A DNA stretch of 63,546 nucleotides, filler included, from Octopus bimaculoides (taxonomy: Eukaryota): assembly GCF_001194135.2 (NCBI RefSeq). It is 5 parts of 5 records of this genome, joined end to end, with 100 filler letters (N's around TTAATTAATTAA, not from the genome) between each part and the next. Parts side by side here need not be neighbours in the genome. Positions count along the whole stretch, not along the records: positions 20,559 to 43,210 come from NC_069002.1; positions 43,311 to 55,783 come from NC_068990.1; 3 more parts are not named here. One strand, given 5' to 3'. Below the pieces are notes generated by a model. That model was not told where the DNA came from. It saw nothing but the letters and a program-made list of their open reading frames with translations, and ran no database searches. The translations under genes were made by a program, and so were the position numbers. This document shows positions 38,325-51,812 of this stretch, piece by piece; position 1 is the stretch's first letter, and each line of letters starts with the position of its first letter.

Positions 38325-39390
38325 GCCGGACAAAATGCTTTGCGGTATTTCTTCCGGTTTTATGTTCTGAGTTGAAATTCCACCGTGGTCGAGTTTACCT
38401 TTCATCCTCTCGGGATCGATGTAATCGATTTCCTCCTTCCGTGCTTCCAATTCGGAAAATGTATGGTGCAGGGCTTCGAGTTTCACGAGCATTTTTTTTG
38501 TTTTTGTTATTTTTTTCTCATTATAATTATTCAAAGCTGATTTTGTCGTTAATAAAATCTGAATTACTTTATATTCGTTGCTTCTATATTTGCTTCCATC
38601 CCTTCGAGGGTCGATAAAATAAGTACCAGTCGATGTAACCGAATTATCCCTCCCCCAAAATTGCTAGCCCTATGTAGAGCCCTGTAGAGTACAACTTTTT
38701 TATCCCCAGCAAAAATATGCTTAGCGGCATTTCGTCCGTCTTTACGTTCTGAGTTCAAATTCCTCCGAGGTCGACTTTGCCTTTCATCCTTTCGGGGTCG
38801 ATAAGTTAAGAACCAGTGAAACACTGGGGTCGATGTAATCAACTAGACCCCTCCCCCAAAATTTCAGGCCTTGTGCTTTTAGTAGAAAATATTATTATTA
38901 TTGTTGTTGTTGTTGTTGTTATTATTATATTAAGGCGGCGAGCTGGCAGAATCGTTAGCGCGCCGGGCAGAATGCTTAGCGACATTTCGTCCGTCTGTAC
39001 ATTCTTAGTTCAAATTCCTCCGAGGTCGACTTTGCCTTTATTCTGTTGAGGTCGATAAAATAAGTACCGATTGAGTATTGGGGTCGATGTAATCGACTTA
39101 ACCTCTCCTCCTGCTGACCTTATGCCAAAATTTGAATGCATTATTATCATTTTTATTATTGTTATTATTTAGACGGCGAGCTAACAGAACCGTTAGCACG
39201 CCGGGCAAAATGCTCAGCAGTATTTCGTCTATCTTCACGTTCTGAGTTCAAATTCTGTCGAGGTCGACTTTGCCTTCCACCTGTTCGGCATCGATAAAAT
39301 AATTACCAGTCAAGCACTGGGTGTGGATTGTAATTAACTTCACCTCCCCTAAAAACTGTTGGCCCAGTGCCAAAACTTGAAGTCATTATT
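38325..39390 (+). mobile_element. Head-to-tail array of five SINE D copies/fragments separated by (ATT/GTT)n
   Basis: Copies at about 38325-38440, 38590-38680, 38712-38890, 38935-39140, 39173-39385, all on +. Confidence 0.88.
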
Positions 39391-41151
39391 ATTAATATAA
39401 GTAGTAGTAGTAGCAATGGTCTTTCACTGACATATTTATTGATTTATATATTGAAGTTTATATTTTATAGTTAAATTATTCAACTAATCAAATTCATGTC
39501 TAATAGAAGATTTATTTTTATTACATTTTAAAAAATATATTATTAAAAATAAAGAACTTTTTCGTATTTTTCGCTGTTTATTTATTTATTTTTTTTTTTT
39601 TGTTCTCTCTGTCTTCGCCATTTTTTTCTCTTATTCGTCATCGTCTCTTTTTCTTCTCAATTGTGAAAAGATGATGAGAAGATGTTGTGAAGTAAATTGA
39701 TGCTGGGGTGTAGAAGGGGTGATCCAATAAGAGAAATGGAAATTAGTCTCCTACAAACTTCGAATGTTTTTTTATCAGATTTTAAGTTTTCTAGTTAATA
39801 TTTCTAAATTTCTGCCACGTCAGACCTAAAACCGAGAAACCAAGAAACCAATAAGAAATCGAACCAAAGAACTTTTTTCAAAACCCCAAAAAAAAAAGAG
39901 AAGCGAAAGAGAGAAGGGAGAGAGTGAGAGAGAAACAGAGAGAGAGAGTGGGGGGGGAGAAAGAAAAACTGTGTTGATATCTTTTAGAAAGTATTTTCGG
40001 AAAAGACAGAATCTATTTATCGATTCATCACTGTCTGATTTGAAAAATAATTAAAAGATAAAGAAAGTTGTTGGGGTTTTGTTTTGTTTTTTGTTTTTTT
40101 TTGTTTTTTTATTTTGTTTTTTTTTTTGCTCCAAGTTCCCGCTTTCCTTTTAATGAATTTTTGACTCCAACATGCTTCCCATTTAAGATAATCAAAAATG
40201 CACATCAGATTTAATTAGAGTAATTTCATTACATACTGAGAAACTCTTATGATGAAACTGTTAAGAATTCTGCCTACCGATTCACAGACTCTTCTTCCAG
40301 GACCATCATCACCACTACTGTAAAGACACACCACCACCACCACCACCACCCCATCACTACTCACCACCACAACCATTACCAATCGTCTCTAGCCATACAA
40401 CCACCACCATCACCAACACAGCAACCCTCTGCCGTAGTTATTACTATCGTCTTTACCACCACCACCACAAGGCAACCACAACAACTACTACTACCACCAC
40501 CATCACCATCGTCTGAAGCGATACTGCTAAACCACCTTCGTTTCTATCTCCTCTACCTCAACTAATCCCAACGTCTCCAACGCCACCTTTGCTACCATAA
40601 TCACTGATTGGTTCAGTAGTTGCAATAAGTGATAAACAATTCAATATACAACGAAATAACTATAATAATAATAAAAAAACGTTGCAGATTATAAAAAAAC
40701 GATGTGATTATGCAATAGATAAGCAAAGAGAGAAAGAGGCTACTGAGTTGGCAAACATGAAACTCTGTATTAACAATTTCGATAAAACAACTTTAGAATA
40801 AATGAATCTAGAAATGCGGTAATAAAAAAAGAAAACAGCGAAGATGCAGGAAACGGTGACGCGGTAAATGAAAGGACGACAATCACCAACAAGGTCCTAA
40901 TGTAACAGAAATATTAGAAAGAAGTCAGTCGATGAGAGGGCCATAACAAATACAAGGAAGGTATTTTCAATGGTTCGAAACCTGAAACGTGACTGTTTTC
41001 ACCTGAAGATTGCAGTGGCTTGAATGAAGTCCGGGCCACGAAGGAAAGAATTCGGTTTGTGTAAACGACAAACTCGTTCTATGACGTCGACAAGCTGTAG
41101 CCTTTGTATCTGCATTCATATATGCATACATGCACACAAACAAACATGTAT

Positions 41152-41244
<93 letters not shown>

Positions 41245-41249
41245 CCATG

Positions 41250-41533
41250 CTGAAACCCACTTCGGTCATGGCTGACCATGGGATTGCACCTAGAAAGTTA
41301 CTCTCCCAGGCACAAGACCAGCAGTCGCCCATGCACACCGGCCTCCCCTCTCCACGCCACCGATGTTATCCAAGGGAAAGGCAAAGGGGCCGATACAGCT
41401 TGGCACCTGTGACGTCGCAACTCATTTCTACAACTGAGTGAACTGGAGCAACATGAAATAAAGTGTCTTGCCCAAGCGCACAACGCGCAGCCCTGTCTGG
41501 GATTCGAACTCACAACATCACGATCGTAAGCTC
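41250..41533 (-). mobile_element. SINE family B (head truncated by gap)
   Basis: Reverse complement matches 17738-18058. Confidence 0.9.
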
Positions 41534-42619
41534 NNNNNNNNNNNNNNNNNNNNNNNNNNNNNNNNNNNNNNNNNNNNNNNNNNNNNNNNNNNNNNNNNNN
41601 NNNNNNNNNNNNNNNNNNNNNNNNNNNNNNNNNNNNNNNNNNNNNNNNNNNNNNNNNNNNNNNNNNNNNNNNNNNNNNNNNNNNNNNNNNNNNNNNNNNN
41701 NNNNNNNNNNNNNNNNNNNNNNNNNNNNNNNNNNNNNNNNNNNNNNNNNNNNNNNNNNNNNNNNNNNNNNNNNNNNNNNNNNNNNNNNNNNNNNNNNNNN
41801 NNNNNNNNNNNNNNNNNNNNNNNNNNNNNNNNNNNNNNNNNNNNNNNNNNNNNNNNNNNNNNNNNNNNNNNNNNNNNNNNNNNNNNNNNNNNNNNNNNNN
41901 NNNNNNNNNNNNNNNNNNNNNNNNNNNNNNNNNNNNNNNNNNNNNNNNNNNNNNNNNNNNNNNNNNNNNNNNNNNNNNNNNNNNNNNNNNNNNNNNNNNN
42001 NNNNNNNNNNNNNNNNNNNNNATATATATATATATATATATATATAATAGATCGGGATTTATTGTATACTCCTTTATTTATCTAATTATTGATACAGTCA
42101 CACTTGTTTCATACCCAGGCCTCCCCATCGTAGAATTTCGGACTTATTGTCTTGCCTTTGACTAAGTAAACATCTGAATGACTAGGTAACCTTGCCTTTT
42201 GTTTTTAACCCAAAACCGTTTGTTGAATAGAATTAAAAGCTAAAAGAAACTAACTTCGTTGTAGGGGCGAGATGCTTGTTCTTCACCTGACTCCCCTCCT
42301 ACCCCATCCTCTAACTTCCTCCATCGCTATAAATCTTCATTACCCCTCCCACCAGCACATGACATCGTGTTTTCTCCTATAATTCAAGCAAACTGAACTA
42401 ACAAATTGATTTTACGACCAGCAGGGGTCATAGAATTATGAAGATGCACATCCCGTTGGATTTTGAATGCTTTTAAATATTATGCTTCATGCATTCACCT
42501 GATGAAAACGGTGTTTTTTTTTGTTTTTTTTTTTCTAATAATGTAATGTCTCCATTAATCAATTGAAAATTCGTTGGAAACAGTTGTAATATTATAATCC
42601 TTTCTTAAGGAGTGCTCGG

Positions 42620-42965
42620 GTCGAACCCGAGACAGAGGATAAGAATTAAAATGTAAACTCAAATTAGGCAATCAACTAACGATTCTGCCAGCTCGCTGCC
42701 TTGGCCTGCTTGTGAAATTAACATGCATGTGGCTGAGCACTCCACAGACACGAGTTCCCTTAACGTAATTCTCAGGGAAAGTCAACGTGAGACAGAATGT
42801 GACAAGGCCGGCCCTTTGAATTGCAGGTATTTCTCATTTTTGCCAGGTAAATGGACAGGAGTAGCGTGAGATAAAGCGTCTTGCTCAAGGACACAACGCG
42901 TTGCCGGGAATCGAACTCACGACCCTACAATCGTGATGTGAACACCTTTAACTACTAAACCACGT
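42620..42965 (-). mobile_element. SINE D fragment (42620-42700) joined to a CORE/family-A-tail SINE (42705-42965)
   Basis: ctaacgattctgccagctcgctgcc followed by cctgcttgtgaaattaacatgcatgtggctgagcactccacagacac...cttgctcaaggacacaacgcg...ggaatcgaactcacgacc. Confidence 0.82.
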
Positions 42966-43414
42966 GACTTCACACCAAGTATACAGCATCTTATTGGCTC
43001 AGGGCACAAAGATGCGGTGTAAAATATCCGAAAAATGAAAACAACTAAATTGTTAAATTTTTTAAATTGTATTTGGATTTATTAATTCTGCGACCCCAAA
43101 AAATAAATAGATAACAGGAAATAAATTACCCGAGGAATTGAACTTAGATCGGGAAGGTTTAGATCAAACGACATTTACAAATAGCTCTTCATACTCAACA
43201 ACCTTTAAACNNNNNNNNNNNNNNNNNNNNNNNNNNNNNNNNNNNNNNNNNNNNTTAATTAATTAANNNNNNNNNNNNNNNNNNNNNNNNNNNNNNNNNN
43301 NNNNNNNNNNTATATATAATTGCATATTTTTGCATTTATATTTACTAGTATGAAATTGAGCTTCGAGTTGCTTCATGTAAAAAGACAGAAGCAAATAAAA
43401 CAATCACGAAGTGT

Positions 43415-43567
43415 TTTTTCGGATTCGGTTGCATTGCACGGCACCTTGGGCAAGTGTCTTCTATTATCATCCTGCGCCAACCAATGCCATGTCAGGGAGT
43501 TTTGTTGACTGAAACTGTGAAGTAAGTCCGGCATGTCTGTTTGTGTGTGCATGCATATATGCATGTG

Positions 43568-43624
<57 letters not shown>

Positions 43625-43845
43625 CAGGATGACTGTCTTTTTTGTTTGACTTCCTGCACTGTTTGGTAACTGGTTTTCGTTTGTCTACGTCACCATAGCT
43701 TAGAAAATTGACAAAAGAAATCGACAGAATATGTACCAAACTTAACAATAAGTACGGGTGTCGATTTGTACGATGAAACTCTTCCAGGTGGTGCCCCAGC
43801 ATGGCCGCAGTCCAATGAATGAAACGAGTAAAAGGTAAAAGATTT
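43415..43845 (+). mobile_element. SINE family C, diverged, with internal microsatellite
   Basis: ggcaccttgggcaagtgtcttctattat ... gtgccccagcatggccgcagtccaatg. Confidence 0.82.
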
Positions 43846-44796
43846 TGAAATATGGCACTGATTCGATAGAGATCGATAAATAATGTATCAGACTGAAATC
43901 AATATACTAACAAAAGCTATTTAAGTAGCGCCCTCGTCGTGACGGCAGCTCAGTTATTTTGTAACCGTATAAGAATCACAGAGTGACCATCTACCAACCC
44001 ACCCATCCAAAACCTATATCAGAAGCCACCAACGACCATTACCATCCTGTGTTATACGCTGTTTACAATTCTTCCTCTAACCAACCGAACCATCTGGAAA
44101 CATATGTTGTCAGCATGTAAATCTTAGGAACAGCCATCCTTCCGGTAGCGTGACTTGTAGTTTGACACTGGATAGATATCAGGCATCACGTATACGTAGA
44201 GGAACATATAGGTACTTATAAATTTACAGATAATCATGCAAACATAGATCTATATATCTTTTCAAAATCAGAATGTAGGAAGCTGATTCGAAGATTAGAG
44301 ATCCAAACCATCAATGGATTTGTATGAATTTGTAAAATTTTCCATAAGTTTAGCATTCAAGTAAATATGCGCATATGCATGAGAATACACACATAAAACA
44401 AAACATACAAATATCCACATGCATTGAATCCAGGTACTGTATACATACATACATACATACTTACAAATACCCTGCTAACATTAGTGAAATACGAATGAAG
44501 CAGTCTTCGATCTAGCTTAGAAATCGACCCTTTTTCTCTCATGGCAAGAGATCTTGAAATAAAACTGAATTATAAAATGCATACATACATACGTATGTAC
44601 ATACATACATACATACATGTATACATAAATACATGCAAAAATCTGCAAGACCTTCTTAAGATTTAAAAGATGATGGTTAAAAGAAGTTACTTTCGATCAC
44701 AACCTGGCTATGTAGGTGACCGGTCAAAATTTACTCTAAGATAAAGAAAACATACATACACGCTACACGCATACATACGTCTGTACACACTGCAGG

Positions 44797-44829
<33 letters not shown>

Positions 44830-45292
44830 NNNNNNNNNNNNNNNNNNNNNNNNNNNNNNNNNNNNNNNNNNNNNNNNNNNNNNNNNNNNNNNNNNNNNNN
44901 NNNNNNNNNNNNNNNNNNNNNNNNNNNNNNNNNNNNNNNNNNNNNNNNNNNNNNNNNNNNNNNNNNNNNNNNNNNNNNNNNNNNNNNNNNNNNNNNNNNN
45001 NNNNNNNNNNNNNNNNNNNNNNNNNNNNNNNNNNNNNNNNNNNNNNNNNNNNNNNNNNNNNNNNNNNNNNNNNNNNNNNNNNNNNNNNNNNNNNNNNNNN
45101 NNNNNNNNNNNNNNNNNNNNNNNNNNNNNNNNNNNNNNNNNNNNNNNNNNNNNNNNNNNNNNNNNNNNNNNNNNNNNNNNNNNNNNNNNNNNNNNNNNNN
45201 NNNNNNNNNNNNNNNNNNNNNNNNNNNNNNNNNNNNNNNNNNNNNNNNNNNNNNNNNNNNNNNNNNNNNNNNNNNNNNNNNNNNNNNNNNNN

Positions 45293-45327
<35 letters not shown>

Positions 45328-45550
45328 TATATATAGTCATAAAGACACTTGCAATGCAGACAGAGAGATGACACATTCATAGAGCCATCAAAACTGTTTG
45401 AAGGGTTTAGCATCTGACAAAGCAAGAAACTATGATCTAAGCCAGATCATATGGATATGTATGGATATGCATGAATATATATAGTTATACAGATATGCAT
45501 ACACCCTTCCCACACACACACGGATATACTTATATCTGCATTTAGAGACA

Positions 45551-45584
<34 letters not shown>

Positions 45585-46044
45585 TACAAAAGACGGAGAG
45601 AGAAAGAGAGAGAGGGAGAGAGAGAGAGAGAGGAGAGAGATTAAATACATATATGTGTGTTTGCACGCGTAGAATGCCTATCTATGAACACACTATGAGA
45701 AGCATTAGAAGTGTAGTAGATTTGGTTAGGCGAGCCAGTCGAGGAGGGGCACGAGTTCCAGTTTGTAAACTATCAAAATATTAACATTAACGACGGCATT
45801 GCAGCAAGGTTGTAAATGATCTGGCAATTGTCCTGAAAATTCCACTGTGTGCTATATATCCGTTTTGACGAAATAAAGAACTAATTCTTGTCGATGGCTT
45901 GGGTGAGTGAGAGGAGTGAGGCATTATAAATCGAAACAAATTAGTAAAAGGAAACTTGTTCGAAACAGAAAAAAAAACAAAAAAAAAAACGCTGAACATT
46001 ATAATAATAATAACGATAATGATAATCCTTTCTAATAAAGACAC

Positions 46045-46440
46045 AAGGCCTGAAATTTGTGGAGAGGGGACTAGTCGATTTCATCGACCCCAGTGTTTCA
46101 TTGGCACTTCATTTATAGACCCCAAAAGGATGAAAGGCAAAGTCAACCTCGGTGAAATTTGAACTCAAAACGTAGCAGCGGTCGAAATACAGCTAAGCGT
46201 TTCACTCGGTGTGCTAACGATTCTGCCAGCTCGTCGCCTTATTAATTACAATAATAACAATAATTGCTTCAAATTTGGGCACAAAGCCAGCAGTTTCGGG
46301 GTTGGGGGATAAGTCAAATACGTCGACCCTAGTACTCATCTGGTACTTATTTTATTTACCCTGGAAGGATAAAATGCAAAGCCGACCTCGGCGGAATTTG
46401 AACTCAGAAAGCATTTTGCCCGACGGGCTAACAATTCTGC
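46045..46440 (-). mobile_element. Head-to-tail pair of SINE D copies flanked by (AAT)n
   Basis: Units at about 46045-46220 and 46270-46440. Confidence 0.87.
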
Positions 46441-46443
46441 CAG

Positions 46444-46495
<52 letters not shown>

Positions 46496-46517
46496 GATGA
46501 TGATGATGATGATGATA

Positions 46518-47050
46518 AATTCCCTGATGTAGCACCAAGCAGTGGCTCTCATAGCTTTTGATCTCAACTGGTTGGAAGTGCTATCATGCAAACGTTTGTC
46601 TTGGTATAAAATATTCTGCGCAATACCAAAAGTTTGCTTGCCAGTTGCTTGACCATAACCAGCTGAGCATGTCCCTTAGCGGCTGACTATATGTGCATCT
46701 CTGATCATGAGCAGAAGTAGAGGAGGAACATCATTGCCGTGTGCTGAATTTGAATAATTTACCTCTGGAAACATAGGTGTTTCGTTTACCATCCTAAAAC
46801 AAAACTTATACAGGGACTTTTTGAGTAAGACGGGCTACTCAACCCGAAGAAAATTCTGAGTTTCACCTGCAAGGTCATGCACTGTTTATCTTGATATGAA
46901 ATCACCCTGTCGCGCACATATGGTTGTGATGCATGTGCCTGGTGTACTCTTATCAGACGGGTAGTTATGATGGGTATATTGGGCTTCGTATATTTGTACC
47001 CCAGTGTCACTTTGATGGTATGCGCTGCTCTCTCACTCAATAATAATAAT
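46518..47050 (+). mobile_element. About 520-bp non-coding interspersed element embedded in (AAT)n/(GAT)n
   Basis: Complex sequence from CCCTGATGTAGC to CTCTCTCACTC, preceded by (AAT)n(GAT)n and followed by an (AAT)n tail; no ORF and no tRNA boxes; single copy in this window, so repeat status is inferred. Confidence 0.5.
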
Positions 47051-47189
47051 AACAATTATTTCTTCATTGACTACAAGGGACAAGTAGGGCTTAGCACAAA
47101 AATTTGTGTATACAATAAAACAATAACAATTTGCTACAAAAATAAAACAATAAAATCAAGTGCTATTCTGCTGTAGGCACTGATAGGTT

Positions 47190-48520
47190 CCTCGGTATTA
47201 TCCTGAAGGAGTCTAGACACCAAACTGCAACCCTTCTAACCAATTTCTGGAGAAATTCTTTAGACTCAGGCTATATACCGAAACAGTTCTTATCCTAATT
47301 TGTCATTCCGGTATTCAAAAATTGAAACAAGTTGCTCGCAGTTAATCGCCAATCTCACTCACCCCAGCATGGCTTTCGCTGCGACAGGGACTTCCTAACA
47401 CAGTTCTTGCATTACATTTATGATATCCTTAAAGCCTTGGGATCAAAATCTGATGTCATATATCTTGGCTTCAGCAAAGCGTTCGACGGAGTCGGCCACT
47501 ATATCCTTTTGTTATAGTTTCAATTATTGGAATCCATGGAAAACTACTATACTGGATTAAATGTTTTCTGGTGAACAGAACATATTATGACTGGTGGAAT
47601 CCACTCAAACCCAGCAAAAGTCACCAGAGGTGTCCCTCGGGGGATTGCTTTGGGCCTGCTTCTCTTTCTAGTCTGTATAAACATTTCAAGTGTCAGGTAA
47701 CACAGCAAAATGAAAATATTCGTAGATGACTCCAGGCTCCAGAAAGTTATCAATGGAGAAGAAGACCGAAGTAAACTCCAGTTTGATCTACACGCTGTAA
47801 GCTCATGGGCGGCAAAATACAAAATGTAGTTAAATGAGAGAAAATTTAAACTGAAGCATTTTAGAAAAAAAGACTATGCCCAAACAACCATTTACTCTTC
47901 CTTCAGGGGTAGTACTCACAGCGTCTTAAAACATCAGGGACTAAGGAGTGATTGTTGACAACAGCATCAGCTGGAGTGCCCACATCAGCAATAAAGTTGT
48001 TATGGCTCACTGAATGAGCTCCTGGATCCTCAGAACTTTCCGGTACAGAGAGCACGATGTTATCATTCCCGCCTTCTCTTCCTTCGTACGGCCATATCTA
48101 GAGTACTGCTGCCCCTTGTGGTTTCCCTACACCAAACAAAATATCACAAGAACCGAGTCACCTTGGAGAGCATTCACTAAAGAATTAAAGGCACGACTGA
48201 TCTTGATTATTGGGACCGCCTTAAAACATTGAAACTTTATTCTCTCTAGCGCCGCCGTGAGCGCTACATCATTTGCATAATGTGGAGAATCTACCACCAG
48301 TATTGCCCAAATGACCTTAACATTAGATTCAGAATTCATCCAAGGCTGGGGTCACGTGCCATACGCAAATCAGGTTCACAACACATATTCACTGCAACAC
48401 AGTTTCTTTTCCTCAACAGGCCCTGCCCTATTAAACATTATCTTAAAACAACCAAAGAAGAAAATGATGCTATCAGCTTCAAACGAAACCTGAGCAAATT
48501 TCAAGGGATACCAATTTGTT
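47190..48520 (+). pseudogene. CR1-group LINE reverse-transcriptase relic
   Basis: QHGFR (~47366), DVIYLGFSKAFD (~47452), GVPRGIALGLLLF (~47629), FVDD (~47719), FVRPYLEYCCPLWFPY, RRRERY; many stops and frameshifts. Confidence 0.92.
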
Positions 48521-48679
48521 AATCATGTTACCCATATGGCAATACTTCAAACGGCCATCTTTCATTTTTGACTTCACTTAAAACCTTTGTTGGAAAAAAA
48601 TTATTATTTTCTTCACAAAAGGAAAACAAAGTTCGACACCAGACAACCATATGCCTAAAGTGATGTAATTAACTTTATC

Positions 48680-48909
48680 TTTTTTTACTTGTTTCAGTCA
48701 TCGGACAGCGGTCATGCTGGGGCATTGTCTTGGCGGGTTTGGGTCGAACAAATCGACTCCAGGACTTATTTTTCCTAAAATCTGGTATTTATTCTAGCGG
48801 TGCCTTTAGCCGAACCGCTAACTTATTGGACCATCACTCGTTGTCAAGCGGTGGTGGGATAAAGACACAAATATCTCCACCAACCCTCCACCATACGACG
48901 GGCTTCTTT
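48680..48909 (-). mobile_element. SINE family C 3' half, cut by gap
   Basis: ttacttgtttcagtcatcggacagcggtcatgctgggg...atacgacgggcttcttt. Confidence 0.85.
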
Positions 48910-49620
48910 NNNNNNNNNNNNNNNNNNNNNNNNNNNNNNNNNNNNNNNNNNNNNNNNNNNNNNNNNNNNNNNNNNNNNNNNNNNNNNNNNNNNNNNNNNN
49001 NNNNNNNNNNNNNNNNNNNNNNNNNNNNNNNNNNNNNNNNNNNNNNNNNNNNNNNNNNNNNNNNNNNNNNNNNNNNNNNNNNNNNNNNNNNNNNNNNNNN
49101 NNNNNNNNNNNNNNNNNNNNNNNNNNNNNNNNNNNNNNNNNNNNNNNNNNNNNNNNNNNNNNNNNNNNNNNNNNNNNNNNNNNNNNNNNNNNNNNNNNNN
49201 NNNNNNNNNNNNNNNNNNNNNNNNNNNNNNNNNNNNNNNNNNNNNNNNNNNNNNNNNNNNNNNNNNNNNNNNNNNNNNNNNNNNNNNNNNNNNNNNNNNN
49301 NNNNNNNNNNNNNNNNNNNNNNNNNNNNNNNNNNNNNNNNNNNNNNNNNNNNNNNNNNNNNNNNNNNNNNNNNNNNNNNNNNNNNNNNNNNNNNNNNNNN
49401 NNNNNNNNNNNNNNNNNNNNNNNNNNNNNNNNNNNNNNNNNNNNNNNNNNNNNNNNNNNNNNNNNNNNNNNNNNNNNNNNNNNNNNNNNNNNNNNNNNNN
49501 NNNNNNNNNNNNNNNNNNNNNNNAAAAATTTTTTCGTCTCTATTTTCGCATTTCCAATCTATTTTTCTTCAGATTTTATTCACTTCTACCATTGTAACTA
49601 ATATTGATTTGAATAAACGG

Positions 49621-49674
<54 letters not shown>

Positions 49675-49849
49675 TTTTCGTTTACTGCTTACCAGTATTA
49701 TTTCCAAAGCTTGCCATAAATCAAGGTATTAGTGATTGGTTAAACATGACAACAACAAAATTATAGGCAACAGTAACTAAAATATAGTTATAAACAACAA
49801 CAATAAAATACAGCAGCTGCGACTACAATTAATAATGATAATATTTTCT

Positions 49850-49970
49850 GATTTAGGCACAAGGCCAGTAAATTCTGAAGTGAGATGCTAAGTTGATATC
49901 ATCGATCCAAGTACTAGTCTGTACTTTATTCTGTTGAGTCCCAAAGGCTGAAAGACAAAGTTGACTTAGG
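49850..49970 (-). mobile_element. SINE D fragment, diverged
   Basis: taggcacaaggccag...atcgatccaagtactag...aaagttgacttagg. Confidence 0.65.
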
Positions 49971-51155
49971 CCACATATGTCTGAGACTGGCTGACAGAAA
50001 TATATTTGGGTCTTTTGTTTGTTAATAGTACCTCAACAAAGTATATGGGAATTTCTTTAATATAATTTAACATTCCTTTCCTTCAACGTCCCCCATAAAA
50101 TACTGAACAAGCTTATTTTCAGCGCTTTGTTATTTATTTCTTCTGATGTCTAATAAAAAGGTTTCGAGGAATGGCACATTAAAAGCTCGGCAAAATTGAA
50201 GGAGTTTGGAATTGCTTCTTTTTCAAAATATCTTACAGCAAGGAAATATTCAAACACTTTTTTTAATCTGAAAGTTTTGCAATCAGTAGTGAGTAGGGAT
50301 GGGGGTGAGTTGGTTATCCGCTCCGAGTAGCGCATTTATGGGAAAGGCTAGCACTTTTGGGTCTGCTGTATAAGCTTATATAGAGAGTGCGAGTGGAGAT
50401 GAGGAACAAACTTAAGGGCTGTCCCAGACGGTACACGCTTTAGCTACGCTACTGTGATATTTCTCAAAACAGTTAAAAGAAATTGTTCAAGACTTAAAAG
50501 AGAGAGACGATTTAAACGTTTGTTGCCTAAAAGAGGTGTTGTTGCAAAACTCCAAATCATCCCTGGCTGGTCGACTAAATTAATTGTCAAAGCGTTGCAA
50601 CGTGACGATCCCATATTTTATTCAGACATAAAGCCGCTAGAGTTACACCAACCACCATATCTTTCACAAATGAGACGGCCATGTTTTGATTTGAGAGAGA
50701 TATGCTACCATTTTCAACAGATAAAACGACCACGTAGAAGTACCTTTGTCGGGCCATTTTGAGATAAGTTAATATTTTTTACAGGAAATGTCTACGTTTA
50801 TTGGAAAAGAACAATATAAACGAGTTAAACGATGGAACTTGGAATGCGGAAAATATCACTGAACGTCATACTCATTCTTAAATAATTTCAAACGCTTGAG
50901 AAAGAATTCATACCCTTTGTCTTTAACTAGTGAAGGCCACCTGCAACTGTTTGATATAACATTTCTTGGTCTGAAGTGAATTTGGAAAAGTCAATGCATT
51001 TGCCATAGAATATATACAAATAGAATTATGTGTGATAGCCATTATGAATACTGCAGACTTGAAAACTTGAAAGGGTTAAATATTGACAAGAGGGCTTAAA
51101 GTTAGAACAGCCATTCGTAGTTGTAATTTAGAGAGCAGTCAAAATCTGTCAGCTT

Positions 51156-51241
<86 letters not shown>

Positions 51242-51599
51242 GAGAGGGAGAGAGAAAGCGAGAAAGAGAGAGAGAGAGAGGGGGAGAGGGAGAGAGAAAG
51301 CGAGAAAGAGAGAGAGAGAGAAAGTTAAAATATTAAACATTAATAATAAATAAGTAAATATTTCTCAGAAAAATGCTTAATATTTAGATATTGGATTTCG
51401 AGAAACTAGATATGACAACCGAAATATCAAGACTGGAGAGCGCGTAATTACAATAAGAGATAAATTGTATACATCAGATAGCTCAAATAAGGCATATACC
51501 AAAAGGTAAAGTAATTGTTTTAAATCATATATTCAAATATGGTGCATTTGTAACTAGTCTGGTGATGGTTGCATTTTATATACTATATCTAAATAAGGG

Positions 51600-51812
51600 C
51601 TTCAAAATTTGGCACAAGGCCAGCAGTCTTTAGGGGAAGGGAGTTAGTCAGTTACATCGATTCCAGTACTAGACTGGAATATATTTTATCAACCCTGAAA
51701 GAATGAAAGGTAAAGTCTACCTCGGCGGAATTTAAATTCAGAGCGTAAAGCCGCAAGAAATGCCACTAAACGCTTTGTCCGGAGAGCTGGCAATTCTGCC
51801 AACTCGCCACCT
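51600..51812 (-). mobile_element. SINE family D, full length
   Basis: ttcaaaatttggcacaaggccagc...aaagtctacctcggcggaattt...caattctgccaactcgccacc. Confidence 0.85.

Noticed and set aside
51069-51080. GAAAGGGTTAA resembling a piggyBac right end
   Set aside because: No matching TTAACCC left end or transposase motif found nearby
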